A stretch of DNA of 64,000 nt from Candidatus Kaelpia imicola (GTDB lineage: Bacteria > Omnitrophota > Gorgyraeia > Kaelpiales > Kaelpiaceae), in assembly GCA_030765505.1 (NCBI GenBank), contig JAVCCL010000025.1:14865-78864 (forward strand), written 5' to 3'. A model generated the notes under the pieces. That model was not told where the DNA came from, did no database searches, and saw only the letters and a list, made by a program, of their open reading frames with translations. Positions 8,891-17,898 of this stretch are shown here, piece by piece (positions within the stretch are counted from its first letter, which is position 1; every line of letters starts with the position of its first letter). Made by a program: the position numbers and the translations under genes.

Positions 8891-9706
8891 TTAGGAACCA
8901 AACCGTTTAGGTTTAATCCTTGCCGAGTTACCTTCTAAAGATATGATTCTTAACATCTCCTGGTGCAATAACCCGTTAGAAGAGAGTATATTAGGATAGA
9001 AAGGATTGAAATCTCCCCCGTCCATTCGCGTAACCCTGCCTCCAGCCTCTTCAATGAGGAGAATACCGGCTGCGGTATCCCAGGGATTCAAGCCCAGTTC
9101 CCAGAAACCATCCAATCTACCAGATGCGACATAAGCAAGGTCTAAAGCCGCAGCACCGCATCGACGTACACCTTGAGCATGGTATATGAAATTAGAGAAA
9201 TGTTCTATGTTGGTATCTGACTGATCTTTAAAATCATAGTAGAATCCTGTTGCAACTAAGCTACGGCTTATCTTATCTATTTTCGAGACTGAAATCTTCT
9301 TTCCGTTTAAGCAGGCACCCTCTTTTGATATTGCTGAAAAGATCTCTTTTCGCGTTGGGTCATAGATAACTCCAAGAATAGGATTCTTATCTTTTAACAA
9401 TGCTATTGAAACACAAAAAACCGGAAAAGTATGAGAGAAATTATTGGTACCATCTATCGGATCAACCAGCCAGTAATACTCACTATCGGCATCTCCTCCG
9501 AACTCCTCACCTACAAAATCAAAAGCAGGATACTTCCCAAAGAGATAACTCTTTATCATCTCCTCAGACCTTTTGTCTATTTCGGTGACCAGATTTCGCT
9601 CACCTTTAAACTCAATATTTTTTACCCTGCCAAGATTAGATAGAACATAATCTCCTGCATTTAAAGCAATATACTGAGAAGATTTGAGTATCTTCTTTAG
9701 ATTCAA
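8891..9706 (-). CDS. suhB: inositol monophosphatase family protein
   Basis: LVTEID, WLVDPIDGTNNF, WDTAAG motifs. Confidence 0.9.
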   Translation of the reverse strand: MNLKKILKSSQYIALNAGDYVLSNLGRVKNIEFKGERNLVTEIDKRSEEMIKSYLFGKYPAFDFVGEEFGGDADSEYYWLVDPIDGTNNFSHTFPVFCVSIALLKDKNPILGVIYDPTRKEIFSAISKEGACLNGKKISVSKIDKISRSLVATGFYYDFKDQSDTNIEHFSNFIYHAQGVRRCGAAALDLAYVASGRLDGFWELGLNPWDTAAGILLIEEAGGRVTRMDGGDFNPFYPNILSSNGLLHQEMLRIISLEGNSARIKPKRFGS

Positions 9707-9708
9707 GC

Positions 9709-9798
9709 CTATTTTTCCTTCTTGTTCTTATTTGGCTTACCAGACATCCGCTTTCTTCTTCGCCTATTTTTCAGTCCTCTTGTCAACTTCTTACTCAC
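9709..9798 (-). CDS. 29-aa highly basic peptide (possible small ribosomal protein)
   Basis: AAGGAGG RBS, GTG start, MSKKLTRGLKNRRRRKRMSGKPNKNKKEK; upstream TTGATT-N17-TAGATT (9857-9829). Confidence 0.7.
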   Translation of the reverse strand: MSKKLTRGLKNRRRRKRMSGKPNKNKKEK

Positions 9799-9895
9799 AA
9801 CTACCTCCTTTTCTTAAAAACATAGAATAATCTAACAACTAAAGATTAAAAAATCAATAAGAGTTTAAAAAAGATTATTATCAATCAGTTAAAAA

Positions 9896-11632
9896 CTAAC
9901 TTAAAGGACTCTTCTTTATATCTCTAAAGACTCTCTCTATTTTTAGCTTACCTCTAGGCTTATTGATATCATCCGGAATTACAATCTTATTGTTTACAAG
10001 AGATGCCCCAATAACACCACTCATCGACTGATGAAACAACCAGCCGGCAGCGCCGGTATACCCACTCCAGATCATACGTCCAACCTCGAAATTAGTAAGA
10101 ATATCAGCCGGCTGCTTATTGGGCTGACCGCCGTAAATCTCTATCTTATCTTCTCCAACATGGCCAATGGGTGTTATCTTACGCCAAAGCCTATAACTGA
10201 TGGCTCTATATTCATCAGCCTTCTTATAGTCACCCAACTTCTCAAAACGCTCTGTGAGAACTCTGGAAGCTCTTATGAGCCACTGTACACCGTGACAATA
10301 CATTCCGTTTTCACGCACCCCCTCAGGATACCTTGAACTCCTTCCAAGGTAAGGCTTGGTATCCTCGCGTAACGCCGGCCAACCAAGCAAAATAACATCT
10401 TCTTTCTCAAGTACTTCCAATGCAGTATGGAACACTATCAACGACCTTTCTAAATTTACACCCGCTTTAACAGCCCAGGCAGCCGTTAAAGCATCTATCT
10501 CCCAGACACCGCTATCTTTTATTCCAATCTCTGTACCGTCATCGTGAATGGCACGTAAATACCTATCCTCTCTCCATGTACCTTCAAGAACATCTTCAAG
10601 TTTCTGCATCTTTCTTAGGTAGTGTTCTTTACGACCATGACCCTCTCTCTTTTCAATTATAGGAAGCATATGCCTTAAAACATAGTAGAGGAAGAACCCG
10701 AGCCATATACTCTCACCCCGCCCTTCGCTTCCTATTTCATCCAGGCCATCATTCCAATCTCCCGTTCTTATCAAGGGTATTCCATGTTCTCCCAATCGTT
10801 TTTCTAAAATAAGATCTATAGATCTTAAAGCATGCTTATAAACAGAATCTGCTCTGGTTGAACGATGATAGATATGACCCCAGCCTGTCTTATTATGCGG
10901 CAAATCGGCAAACGGAAACTCTGACCATACATATGATGTCATTTCATCCAATAACGAATAATCACCGGTAGTCCTAACATACTCTACAATGGCCCAGGGA
11001 AGCCAGAGCGGGTTATCTGAAGCATGGGAACGACAGGCAAAAGCAGTTCTGCCATCAAGCTGAGTAAAGAACCAGTGATAGACATCGCCTTCGAAGAATT
11101 GATGAGAAGCATGGAGAATAATCTGCTTTCTAGCCAGCGCAGGGTCTACCCAAATAAGGTTTACAGAGTCCTGAAGCTGATCCCTGAAACCATAGGCTCC
11201 GCTTGTTTGGTAAAATCCCCTCCGAGCCCAGATTCTCTCCGCCAAAGCTTGATATTTAAGCCAATTTTGATAGCGATCAAACTCAACTTGATTCGTCTTC
11301 ACCTCTACTGTTCCCATTAAATTCAACCACCAACTACGCGTATTATTAAGACTCTTCTTAACATAATCCAAACTTTTATACTTTTTGGCTAATTTAAGTG
11401 CTTTATCTCTCTTATCTGTCTGACCAAGAATAAATGCGATTGTGTAATCTCCGCCTGCAGGAATATCCAGGGTGCTTAAAAGGGCTGCTATCTGTCTATC
11501 ATCGTAGAGCTGAGCATTGTCAGCCTCACCCTTCTCTACCATAAACGGATGAGTTATACCTCTACCCAAACCAAAGAATCTCCCCCTCTTTGTCTCCACA
11601 CCCTCAGAGAGAGTTGAGCTTGAAACAAAAGC
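9896..11632 (-). CDS. GH94 glycoside phosphorylase catalytic domain (C-terminal part of frameshifted gene)
   Basis: QTSGAYGFRDQLQD, GDWNDGL, GESIWLGFFL, GVRENG, YTGAAGW motifs of Cgs/NdvB-type GH94. Confidence 0.9.
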   Translation of the reverse strand, partial: AFVSSSTLSEGVETKRGRFFGLGRGITHPFMVEKGEADNAQLYDDRQIAALLSTLDIPAGGDYTIAFILGQTDKRDKALKLAKKYKSLDYVKKSLNNTRSWWLNLMGTVEVKTNQVEFDRYQNWLKYQALAERIWARRGFYQTSGAYGFRDQLQDSVNLIWVDPALARKQIILHASHQFFEGDVYHWFFTQLDGRTAFACRSHASDNPLWLPWAIVEYVRTTGDYSLLDEMTSYVWSEFPFADLPHNKTGWGHIYHRSTRADSVYKHALRSIDLILEKRLGEHGIPLIRTGDWNDGLDEIGSEGRGESIWLGFFLYYVLRHMLPIIEKREGHGRKEHYLRKMQKLEDVLEGTWREDRYLRAIHDDGTEIGIKDSGVWEIDALTAAWAVKAGVNLERSLIVFHTALEVLEKEDVILLGWPALREDTKPYLGRSSRYPEGVRENGMYCHGVQWLIRASRVLTERFEKLGDYKKADEYRAISYRLWRKITPIGHVGEDKIEIYGGQPNKQPADILTNFEVGRMIWSGYTGAAGWLFHQSMSGVIGASLVNNKIVIPDDINKPRGKLKIERVFRDIKKSPLS

Positions 11633-14600
11633 CAGCCTTTACGGAACATATTACGAGGATTATAGAATAAAAGGACATCATTATCTTTGTCATAGCTTAT
11701 CAATAACTCACCTGAGCGCTCAGGCATAAACTCAAGCACCATCTGGAAATAAGGAGCAATGCGGAATCTTTTTTTACGGCCGCTATTGTTCTTTATTTTC
11801 AAAAGATATACACCTAAAGGGTCATCCGGCGGTACAAAAACTGTAAGCTCGGTTGAAATATCCTTTCCTTTCATATGAAAGACCGCACTGCCATCGACAC
11901 TGAACTCAGAGATATTTTTGACACTATTATCATTAAGCGGAAAATAGGTCGGAGAGTACCAGCTCTCTTCATCTATATCGTATAGATATATCGCCTCTCC
12001 GGGAATCTCTCTTGTAACCGTATCAGGCCAGTCTGGAGTCAAGCGGTTCTGCTGAGAGTTACCATTACAAGATGTATGAAGACCGCGATTTGTAACCATA
12101 ACAGAGTGCCCCAGAGAGTTAGACATAGCATGGTCATAAGGTCTGGGAGTATAGGGAGTACGGACTAAAATTTTGTTTCCATTATCCATATATTCAGAAT
12201 AAGGCTGCGGTGTTCCGGGAAGAATCTCTCCATGACCGATAAGTAATCTCTTCTCTCTCCTGGGTTCATAACCTACGGCAGTCTGCTTAGGTTGTAACAG
12301 TCTCTTCACCAGATCAAGAGCGCCGTTACGGCTCTCCTCGTATCCAATCATAAGATGTATAGTCTTAGAAGAGTTAGGGTCGAGCTCCACGTTAAGCATA
12401 AGACTCCCAATCGGGTCAAATGTCGGATAACGCTCGGTATTCTCGGCCTTCATGAAATCTAAAGTCTCAAGCACTCTTGGATTCCAGATGCTCTGAGCAC
12501 GGCCAATGAAGTCCATTCTGGAAAATAGAATACCTTCGGGGGAAATGTCTGTCGCTAAAATACCCATAGAGTTAGTACATTTTTGCCAGGATAGAAGTGT
12601 ATTAAAACCATTGATATACTCCATCTCAGGAAATAACCGCGCATACTGAGTATGGAACCTGTCATGCAAACCTCCATTAAGCACCCACTCTAAGTAGGGA
12701 ACAACTTTTAAATTACGCTTGCTATCTTTAAGGTTTTTAATATTTATCTTCCATATCTCCGCCCTGCTCTCCTGATCAGATAAGGTTATATCAATAGTAG
12801 TTTTAATGCCGTTTGAAGAGTTGATAACTTTAAGAGAATCTGAGTTCATCTTGATCTCAGAAGGTTGAAACTTATCTTCCGGAAAATTACCCACTACAGG
12901 CCAATAGCGCTTTTCAGCATCGGCAGAGTTGTCAACTAAATACAGAATTCTACCGCAAGGATCTATAATATCGTAAGAACGTCTGGTAATATCATATTCC
13001 GGAGGATAGACGCCACTCTTCCTGTGGTCAACCTGACTATATATCTCTCCATTCTCCTTAAGAAATGTCCTGTACCCAACTCTATTGGCTATATGGTAGG
13101 TCTTTATGAATCTCTTTCTTGAACGCCGTCTAAAAGAACGGACCAAAAACGATATTCCGCTAAAAATAAAAACAGCAACAAAGAATGATAGCAACCTCTG
13201 GTATAGAACAACACCTTCTAAGAAAGCAAAAATACCTCCTCCAAGAGAATCACGTATAGCCGCTGATCTACTCCAGGCATAATTCCACTCCTCACCTCTT
13301 GGGAGATAAAACGGAATTAAAAGAGGGCCCCAGGTACAGAATCTTTTAACCGCTTCCGGAATGTAGCGTTGAGCTGTATCTATTTTGATAAACCGCGCAA
13401 CTTTATCATCAAGCTTATCCAGTCCTATAAAACTTAAGTTGACCAACGTTGCGACACGCAGACCCATATGGTCCATCCAGATAAGAACCCTAAAGAAATC
13501 AAAAGCAAGTACATATACAAAGAGATTAAGGCTCCACTGTCTAAATGCCTGATCTGACATTGTTAAGTTATGATATATAGCAGAGAGCGTACGAATAGCT
13601 CCATCCTGATTATACCAGGTTGGATCCGGCATCATCCGCAAAAAGGTAAATATAATTGGCGACATCCATAAACCCCAACGCAAAACATATATCATATGTT
13701 CTATAAGCTGAGAGAATCCTTCTCTTGAGAAGAAAAATTTAATTGGTGCCTTATGTTTTTCAAAAAAAGCAAGAAGAAAGACTTTATTTATGGCAAATAA
13801 CCAGGCGGCTATAGCCCAGTTAATAACTCCGGCAAGCGATTCATCAAACAATAATCTGACTCCGCCGCGATAGATTCCCAGATCTATCCGCCCCCACTTA
13901 TTGACTAAAGGGTATGTAATATATTCCATAGCTTTAAACCCCGAGCTTGTATACAGCTTGAACTTCGCTACAACAACAGGGACCTGTAAAGCATCAAGAT
14001 AGAAAGCCAACGCACTACCAATAAAAACACCTATGATAGCATCGACAAAATACCGTCTCCAGGATTGAATTCGCCCCTGAGATTTAAATCTATAGGCAGC
14101 GTCTCTTAAAATACTTATCCCTGCAGATGAGAAGATACCAAAGACTGCACCAAATATAACTCTGCCCGACATATTCCAGTTAATAAAATCACTGCTTAAA
14201 GCATAGGCAACCCCTATGCCTAAAATAGCTCCTCTTGCATAAAGCACATGGTCACGATAGCTGTAACGTGCCCTCTGAAAAAAAGGCAGGCTACCATCAA
14301 AAGTCTCTATAATGGTTTTAAACAACGGTAGGGCCAGTGCCCCGATAAAAATACCCAAAAGAAGGGGAATCTTCTCTGCCGATAGTTGCAATAGATTAAA
14401 ATCCAGGAGCAGATAGATTGAGTACATGAACCCCATTAGAAGAGCACTGTAAGCCATTCCCTTTTTTACGCCTGTCTTTACATGTCCAGTCACGCTTTCC
14501 CATGAAGGAGCTACCCTGCGTCCGTAATCAAGAGCCATCCCAGTTAAGAAATAGACCACCCCCCACAGTCCTGCAAAAGAGAGCATGCTCGTCAATATAA

Positions 14601-16113
14601 CCACAAATATCTTAACCACTTCAGGCAGAGATTCAACTCCGGCAGTAGAACCTAAGTTCGCAATCATAGGCGCAAGAACAACACCGACAGAGATAAATAA
14701 AATAAAGAGATGAAGCTTGCGTTTTTTAAGCAGTTCTCTCTTAACAACTAGGCTAAAACTATTGGCAATAGCCTCATTAAATCCAAATATAACAACAACT
14801 CTGCCCAAGGATTCTAAAAACCACCTAAATGAAGACAAAAACCCTAAAGTCAACACATTACCCAGTTGCTTAAGAAGTACCGGGGTCTGCAAAACCATTA
14901 ACCAGTTAAGAAGAAAAGGTGTTAAGATGATAGAGAACCCTGTAAGAGCCCTGACGTGCTTACCACCAATTGCTAAAGAACGTGCATTGGACACCTGGTA
15001 GATTAAAAAGATGATTACTGCAGCATATTTATTTAACATTAGAACCTGACCAAAGGTAGAAGGAGCGAATAGAATACCTAGCTTGCTTGAAGATGCAGCT
15101 AAAAGCCCGACAATTAAGATGTTCTTGAATACCTGAAAAGGACTAAGATGCCTGCCTATAATTGTAAATTTAAGCAATTCTGCAATGACCGCACCCATCA
15201 AACTCAAAAAGAGAAACTCCAAACTGAAACCCTCATTTAAAGGGCAGATTGTACCAAGATAGCATATCCCAAAAGCAACCGCAGCTATTAATGTAAATGT
15301 CGACCCATAAAGCAAATCCTTTTTCACTTTAGTAAGAATAGAATTATCTGAGGAGTTGGATTTAACCCTAGACTCTGAATACCTTTCTATAGACCTTCTC
15401 TTCAGCAGTTTAATCACTGAATTAGCAAAAAAACCTACAATCGCACTCAACAAGAGAACTATAGCCAACCTAAAGAAGATATAATTTTTATGCAGAAAAC
15501 TCTGTTTATAGAACTCAACATCAAAGTATAGAAAACCCTCTAATGCTTTATCTCCTGAAGCACCTCCAGAGGCAATAATCTCTTCCGCACTAGATATGGT
15601 AGTTACAACAAAACATACCTCTCTGAGATCACCTATTGTATTCCAGGCAACCTCCTCCCTGAAATATTTCCAATCATTCCTGAGATCAAGAGGTATCGAT
15701 TGCATAGCGTTAGAACCTTTGATCTCCATCTTTACAGAGATTTCTTCCAACTGCTTTTTATTGGGCGCCTTGAGGGATATTTTAACAGCATCTACGCTAT
15801 CTTTGCTCAAACTGGCAGGATAGTCTTTTGTCCATACCCCTACGATAGAACCTTGAGGCAACCAGTATTTAAACCTTAAGACATCCTTATCTATGACTTT
15901 GTCAAATACTCTGTCTGTTGAACCCAGCGCAACACCGATATTGAACGTTCCTTTTTGATTCGAATCTAGAATGCCGAAAGAGCTATCAACACTAGAAAAC
16001 GCCGGGAGAGAGAGAAAGAATGAGATTAAAAAAACTGTGATTATTCCTGGATAGCAATTGCATTTTCTACAAAGTATCTCTTCTATTCTCATAACTCTAA
16101 ACATTTTAAGCAA
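11554..16113 (-). CDS. CBM-like domain + large polytopic membrane region + GH94 N-terminal domains (N-terminal part of frameshifted gene)
   Basis: signal peptide, beta-rich ~160-aa domain, roughly 20 hydrophobic segments, then YDITRR..D, VPYLEWVL, SRMDFIGR, TPRPY, NSQQNRLTPDW.D, PGEAIYLYD motifs. Confidence 0.8.
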   Translation of the reverse strand: MLKMFRVMRIEEILCRKCNCYPGIITVFLISFFLSLPAFSSVDSSFGILDSNQKGTFNIGVALGSTDRVFDKVIDKDVLRFKYWLPQGSIVGVWTKDYPASLSKDSVDAVKISLKAPNKKQLEEISVKMEIKGSNAMQSIPLDLRNDWKYFREEVAWNTIGDLREVCFVVTTISSAEEIIASGGASGDKALEGFLYFDVEFYKQSFLHKNYIFFRLAIVLLLSAIVGFFANSVIKLLKRRSIERYSESRVKSNSSDNSILTKVKKDLLYGSTFTLIAAVAFGICYLGTICPLNEGFSLEFLFLSLMGAVIAELLKFTIIGRHLSPFQVFKNILIVGLLAASSSKLGILFAPSTFGQVLMLNKYAAVIIFLIYQVSNARSLAIGGKHVRALTGFSIILTPFLLNWLMVLQTPVLLKQLGNVLTLGFLSSFRWFLESLGRVVVIFGFNEAIANSFSLVVKRELLKKRKLHLFILFISVGVVLAPMIANLGSTAGVESLPEVVKIFVVILTSMLSFAGLWGVVYFLTGMALDYGRRVAPSWESVTGHVKTGVKKGMAYSALLMGFMYSIYLLLDFNLLQLSAEKIPLLLGIFIGALALPLFKTIIETFDGSLPFFQRARYSYRDHVLYARGAILGIGVAYALSSDFINWNMSGRVIFGAVFGIFSSAGISILRDAAYRFKSQGRIQSWRRYFVDAIIGVFIGSALAFYLDALQVPVVVAKFKLYTSSGFKAMEYITYPLVNKWGRIDLGIYRGGVRLLFDESLAGVINWAIAAWLFAINKVFLLAFFEKHKAPIKFFFSREGFSQLIEHMIYVLRWGLWMSPIIFTFLRMMPDPTWYNQDGAIRTLSAIYHNLTMSDQAFRQWSLNLFVYVLAFDFFRVLIWMDHMGLRVATLVNLSFIGLDKLDDKVARFIKIDTAQRYIPEAVKRFCTWGPLLIPFYLPRGEEWNYAWSRSAAIRDSLGGGIFAFLEGVVLYQRLLSFFVAVFIFSGISFLVRSFRRRSRKRFIKTYHIANRVGYRTFLKENGEIYSQVDHRKSGVYPPEYDITRRSYDIIDPCGRILYLVDNSADAEKRYWPVVGNFPEDKFQPSEIKMNSDSLKVINSSNGIKTTIDITLSDQESRAEIWKINIKNLKDSKRNLKVVPYLEWVLNGGLHDRFHTQYARLFPEMEYINGFNTLLSWQKCTNSMGILATDISPEGILFSRMDFIGRAQSIWNPRVLETLDFMKAENTERYPTFDPIGSLMLNVELDPNSSKTIHLMIGYEESRNGALDLVKRLLQPKQTAVGYEPRREKRLLIGHGEILPGTPQPYSEYMDNGNKILVRTPYTPRPYDHAMSNSLGHSVMVTNRGLHTSCNGNSQQNRLTPDWPDTVTREIPGEAIYLYDIDEESWYSPTYFPLNDNSVKNISEFSVDGSAVFHMKGKDISTELTVFVPPDDPLGVYLLKIKNNSGRKKRFRIAPYFQMVLEFMPERSGELLISYDKDNDVLLFYNPRNMFRKGWLLFQAQLSLRVWRQRGGDSLVWVEV

Positions 16114-16175
16114 TTAAAACAACTGGATTCCCAACAACCCCCCCCATCTTAAGCAATACTCTACATGGAGTCATT

Positions 16176-16204
16176 ATTGTATAATATATTTTCAAAGAAT
16201 GCAA
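16176..16204 (-). promoter_or_regulatory. sigma70-type promoter
   Basis: TTGCAT-N17-TACAAT upstream of the GH94 fusion gene. Confidence 0.5.
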
Positions 16205-16254
16205 ATATAAATAGCTATTAAAAGAATACCTCTTATATGAAAACGAAATACCTC

Positions 16255-17703
16255 TTACCTTGGTATGTAATGGTGCAACTCAACCTCTCCATTTTTGGTC
16301 ACAAAATATCTCGACATTTCTAAATCAGATTTAAGATAGAGATATCTCTTTAAAAATCTATCCGCTTCAATAGCAAGTACACCTCCAACCCACGGAAGCT
16401 TTGAGTTCGACCAAACTATATACCAAATTCCCGACTCTTTATCTATGGTAGGCATACCGCCCAAACCTATTCCTGCAACTGTGCTCTCTCCATCGTAATA
16501 ATAACTGAAAGCACCGAGTGAAAAATCAGGCAATAACCAGATTTCATCCTGAATAGACTCATTCTCCTCAATATAATCTGCAATATTACCCCATGCGCTT
16601 TTTGGAATCTTAAAATATAAAATAGTATCATTAATATAAAGGCAACCCCAAAGAAGAATAAACAGCATTGCTATTTTTTTGCTTCTCTCATAAAGTCTAG
16701 CCATGGTATCTCCCCAACCTATAGCTATAAATGGCAGTAGATGAAAGAAGTATCGGGATTCAAACTTATAGCTTAAAGATAAAGATAGAAAAGAAACCAG
16801 CATCAATGTCAGACCAATTCTTTTGTGCTCTTTAGATAACTTTAGTAAACCAAATACAGACAATATCGCAAATAGAACAAATATAACAAAGTAAATCAAG
16901 GTCAAACTATAAGGGAGATCATAGAAACTCATTTCAGAAAAACCGGTTATATCCTTAAAAAATCTCAGGACCCAACCAATCATGTTAAGCAGCTGTGTCT
17001 TTAAAGCAAACTGGTGCTTGAGATAATAGCACTCCATCTCTATATTAAGAGACCGAGACAATATTGAAGAATATAAAAACAGGAAAGGAATCAAAACAAA
17101 TATAGTCAAAAAAGATATCCTCCTATATATCTTGTTTTTAAACTTAAAAAAAAGGAAAGACAGCACTCCCAGATATGGAATTATACAAACGCTGCCATTG
17201 AGTAAGAACAAAAAAAGCGAACAGGAATAGAGAATAGAATATCTTGGGTAATCTTTGATAATCTTAATTAGAAAAAAAATCCAAAGACAGAAGAACAGTA
17301 AAGCCGCTGAATACATCCTTACCTCTTGAGCAAGAGTTAAACCGTATACTGAAAAAGAGAAGATAAATAGAGACCAGTGCCTTGCAATATTTGCTTTCAG
17401 CAACAACTTGCTTATATTAAAAAAGACTATTAATGAAAATATAGATGGAATTAAAGAAGGTAGGCGCAAAGAAAATTCTGAATCTCCAAAGACCATAATC
17501 CAAAATTTTAAAAACAGAAAGTAGAAAGGAAAATGGCCTGCATAAATTCTATCTGCCCAAATATTGTTTAAAGACAAGAACTTTGCTATATACCAACTAG
17601 TCCCCTCGTCTATCCACAGAAAATGAGTCTCTAACTTATGGAACCTTACAGCTGCTGCAACTATTATTATGACCGCAGGCAGATACCAAGCATCTCTTCT
17701 CAT
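16255..17703 (-). CDS. GT-C fold glycosyltransferase (family 39/83)
   Basis: LWIDEG, HFPFYFLFL, SEFSLRLPS, AQEVRMYS; multiple TM helices. Confidence 0.85.
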   Translation of the reverse strand: MRRDAWYLPAVIIIVAAAVRFHKLETHFLWIDEGTSWYIAKFLSLNNIWADRIYAGHFPFYFLFLKFWIMVFGDSEFSLRLPSLIPSIFSLIVFFNISKLLLKANIARHWSLFIFSFSVYGLTLAQEVRMYSAALLFFCLWIFFLIKIIKDYPRYSILYSCSLFLFLLNGSVCIIPYLGVLSFLFFKFKNKIYRRISFLTIFVLIPFLFLYSSILSRSLNIEMECYYLKHQFALKTQLLNMIGWVLRFFKDITGFSEMSFYDLPYSLTLIYFVIFVLFAILSVFGLLKLSKEHKRIGLTLMLVSFLSLSLSYKFESRYFFHLLPFIAIGWGDTMARLYERSKKIAMLFILLWGCLYINDTILYFKIPKSAWGNIADYIEENESIQDEIWLLPDFSLGAFSYYYDGESTVAGIGLGGMPTIDKESGIWYIVWSNSKLPWVGGVLAIEADRFLKRYLYLKSDLEMSRYFVTKNGEVELHHYIPR

Positions 17704-17765
17704 ATCTTTAAAAAGTCAAGGGCTGTAGACAGATAGATGTTGCCATCTACTCTTTTGATTTAAGA

Positions 17766-17841
17766 CGGGGACGACGGGAATCGAACCCGCGATCACCAGA
17801 TCGACAGTCTGGGGTCTTAGGCCAGGCTAGACGACGTCCCC
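17766..17841 (-). tRNA. tRNA-Asp(GTC)
   Basis: GGGGACG...CGTCCCC-G73, anticodon arm CCAGA-CTGTCGA-TCTGG. Confidence 0.92.
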
Positions 17842-17862
17842 GTAAATGAGGTACGAATGCAA

Positions 17863-17891
17863 ATAGTAATAGATTTTTTTATATCTGTCAA
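17863..17891 (-). promoter_or_regulatory. sigma70 promoter of tRNA-Asp
   Basis: TTGACA-N17-TACTAT. Confidence 0.65.
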
Positions 17892-17898
17892 CACTTAA

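Noticed and set aside
11554-16113. Canonical cyclic beta-1,2-glucan synthase (ndvB/chvB/cgs)
   Set aside because: Shorter than Cgs, far more TM segments, and no recognisable GT84 or transglycosylase domain; only the GH94 part is shared.
16106-16147. G8 tract and 13-codon uORF upstream of the GH94 fusion as a phase-variation switch
   Set aside because: Adding or removing one G does not fuse the uORF to the main frame (a TAA precedes the start), and 8 G is short.
17720-17756. Fluoride-riboswitch-like GATGGCA...TGTCTAC sequence after tRNA-Asp
   Set aside because: Too short and lacks the central conserved elements; better explained as a TAGATG-GCAA-CATCTA hairpin (terminator or processing site).
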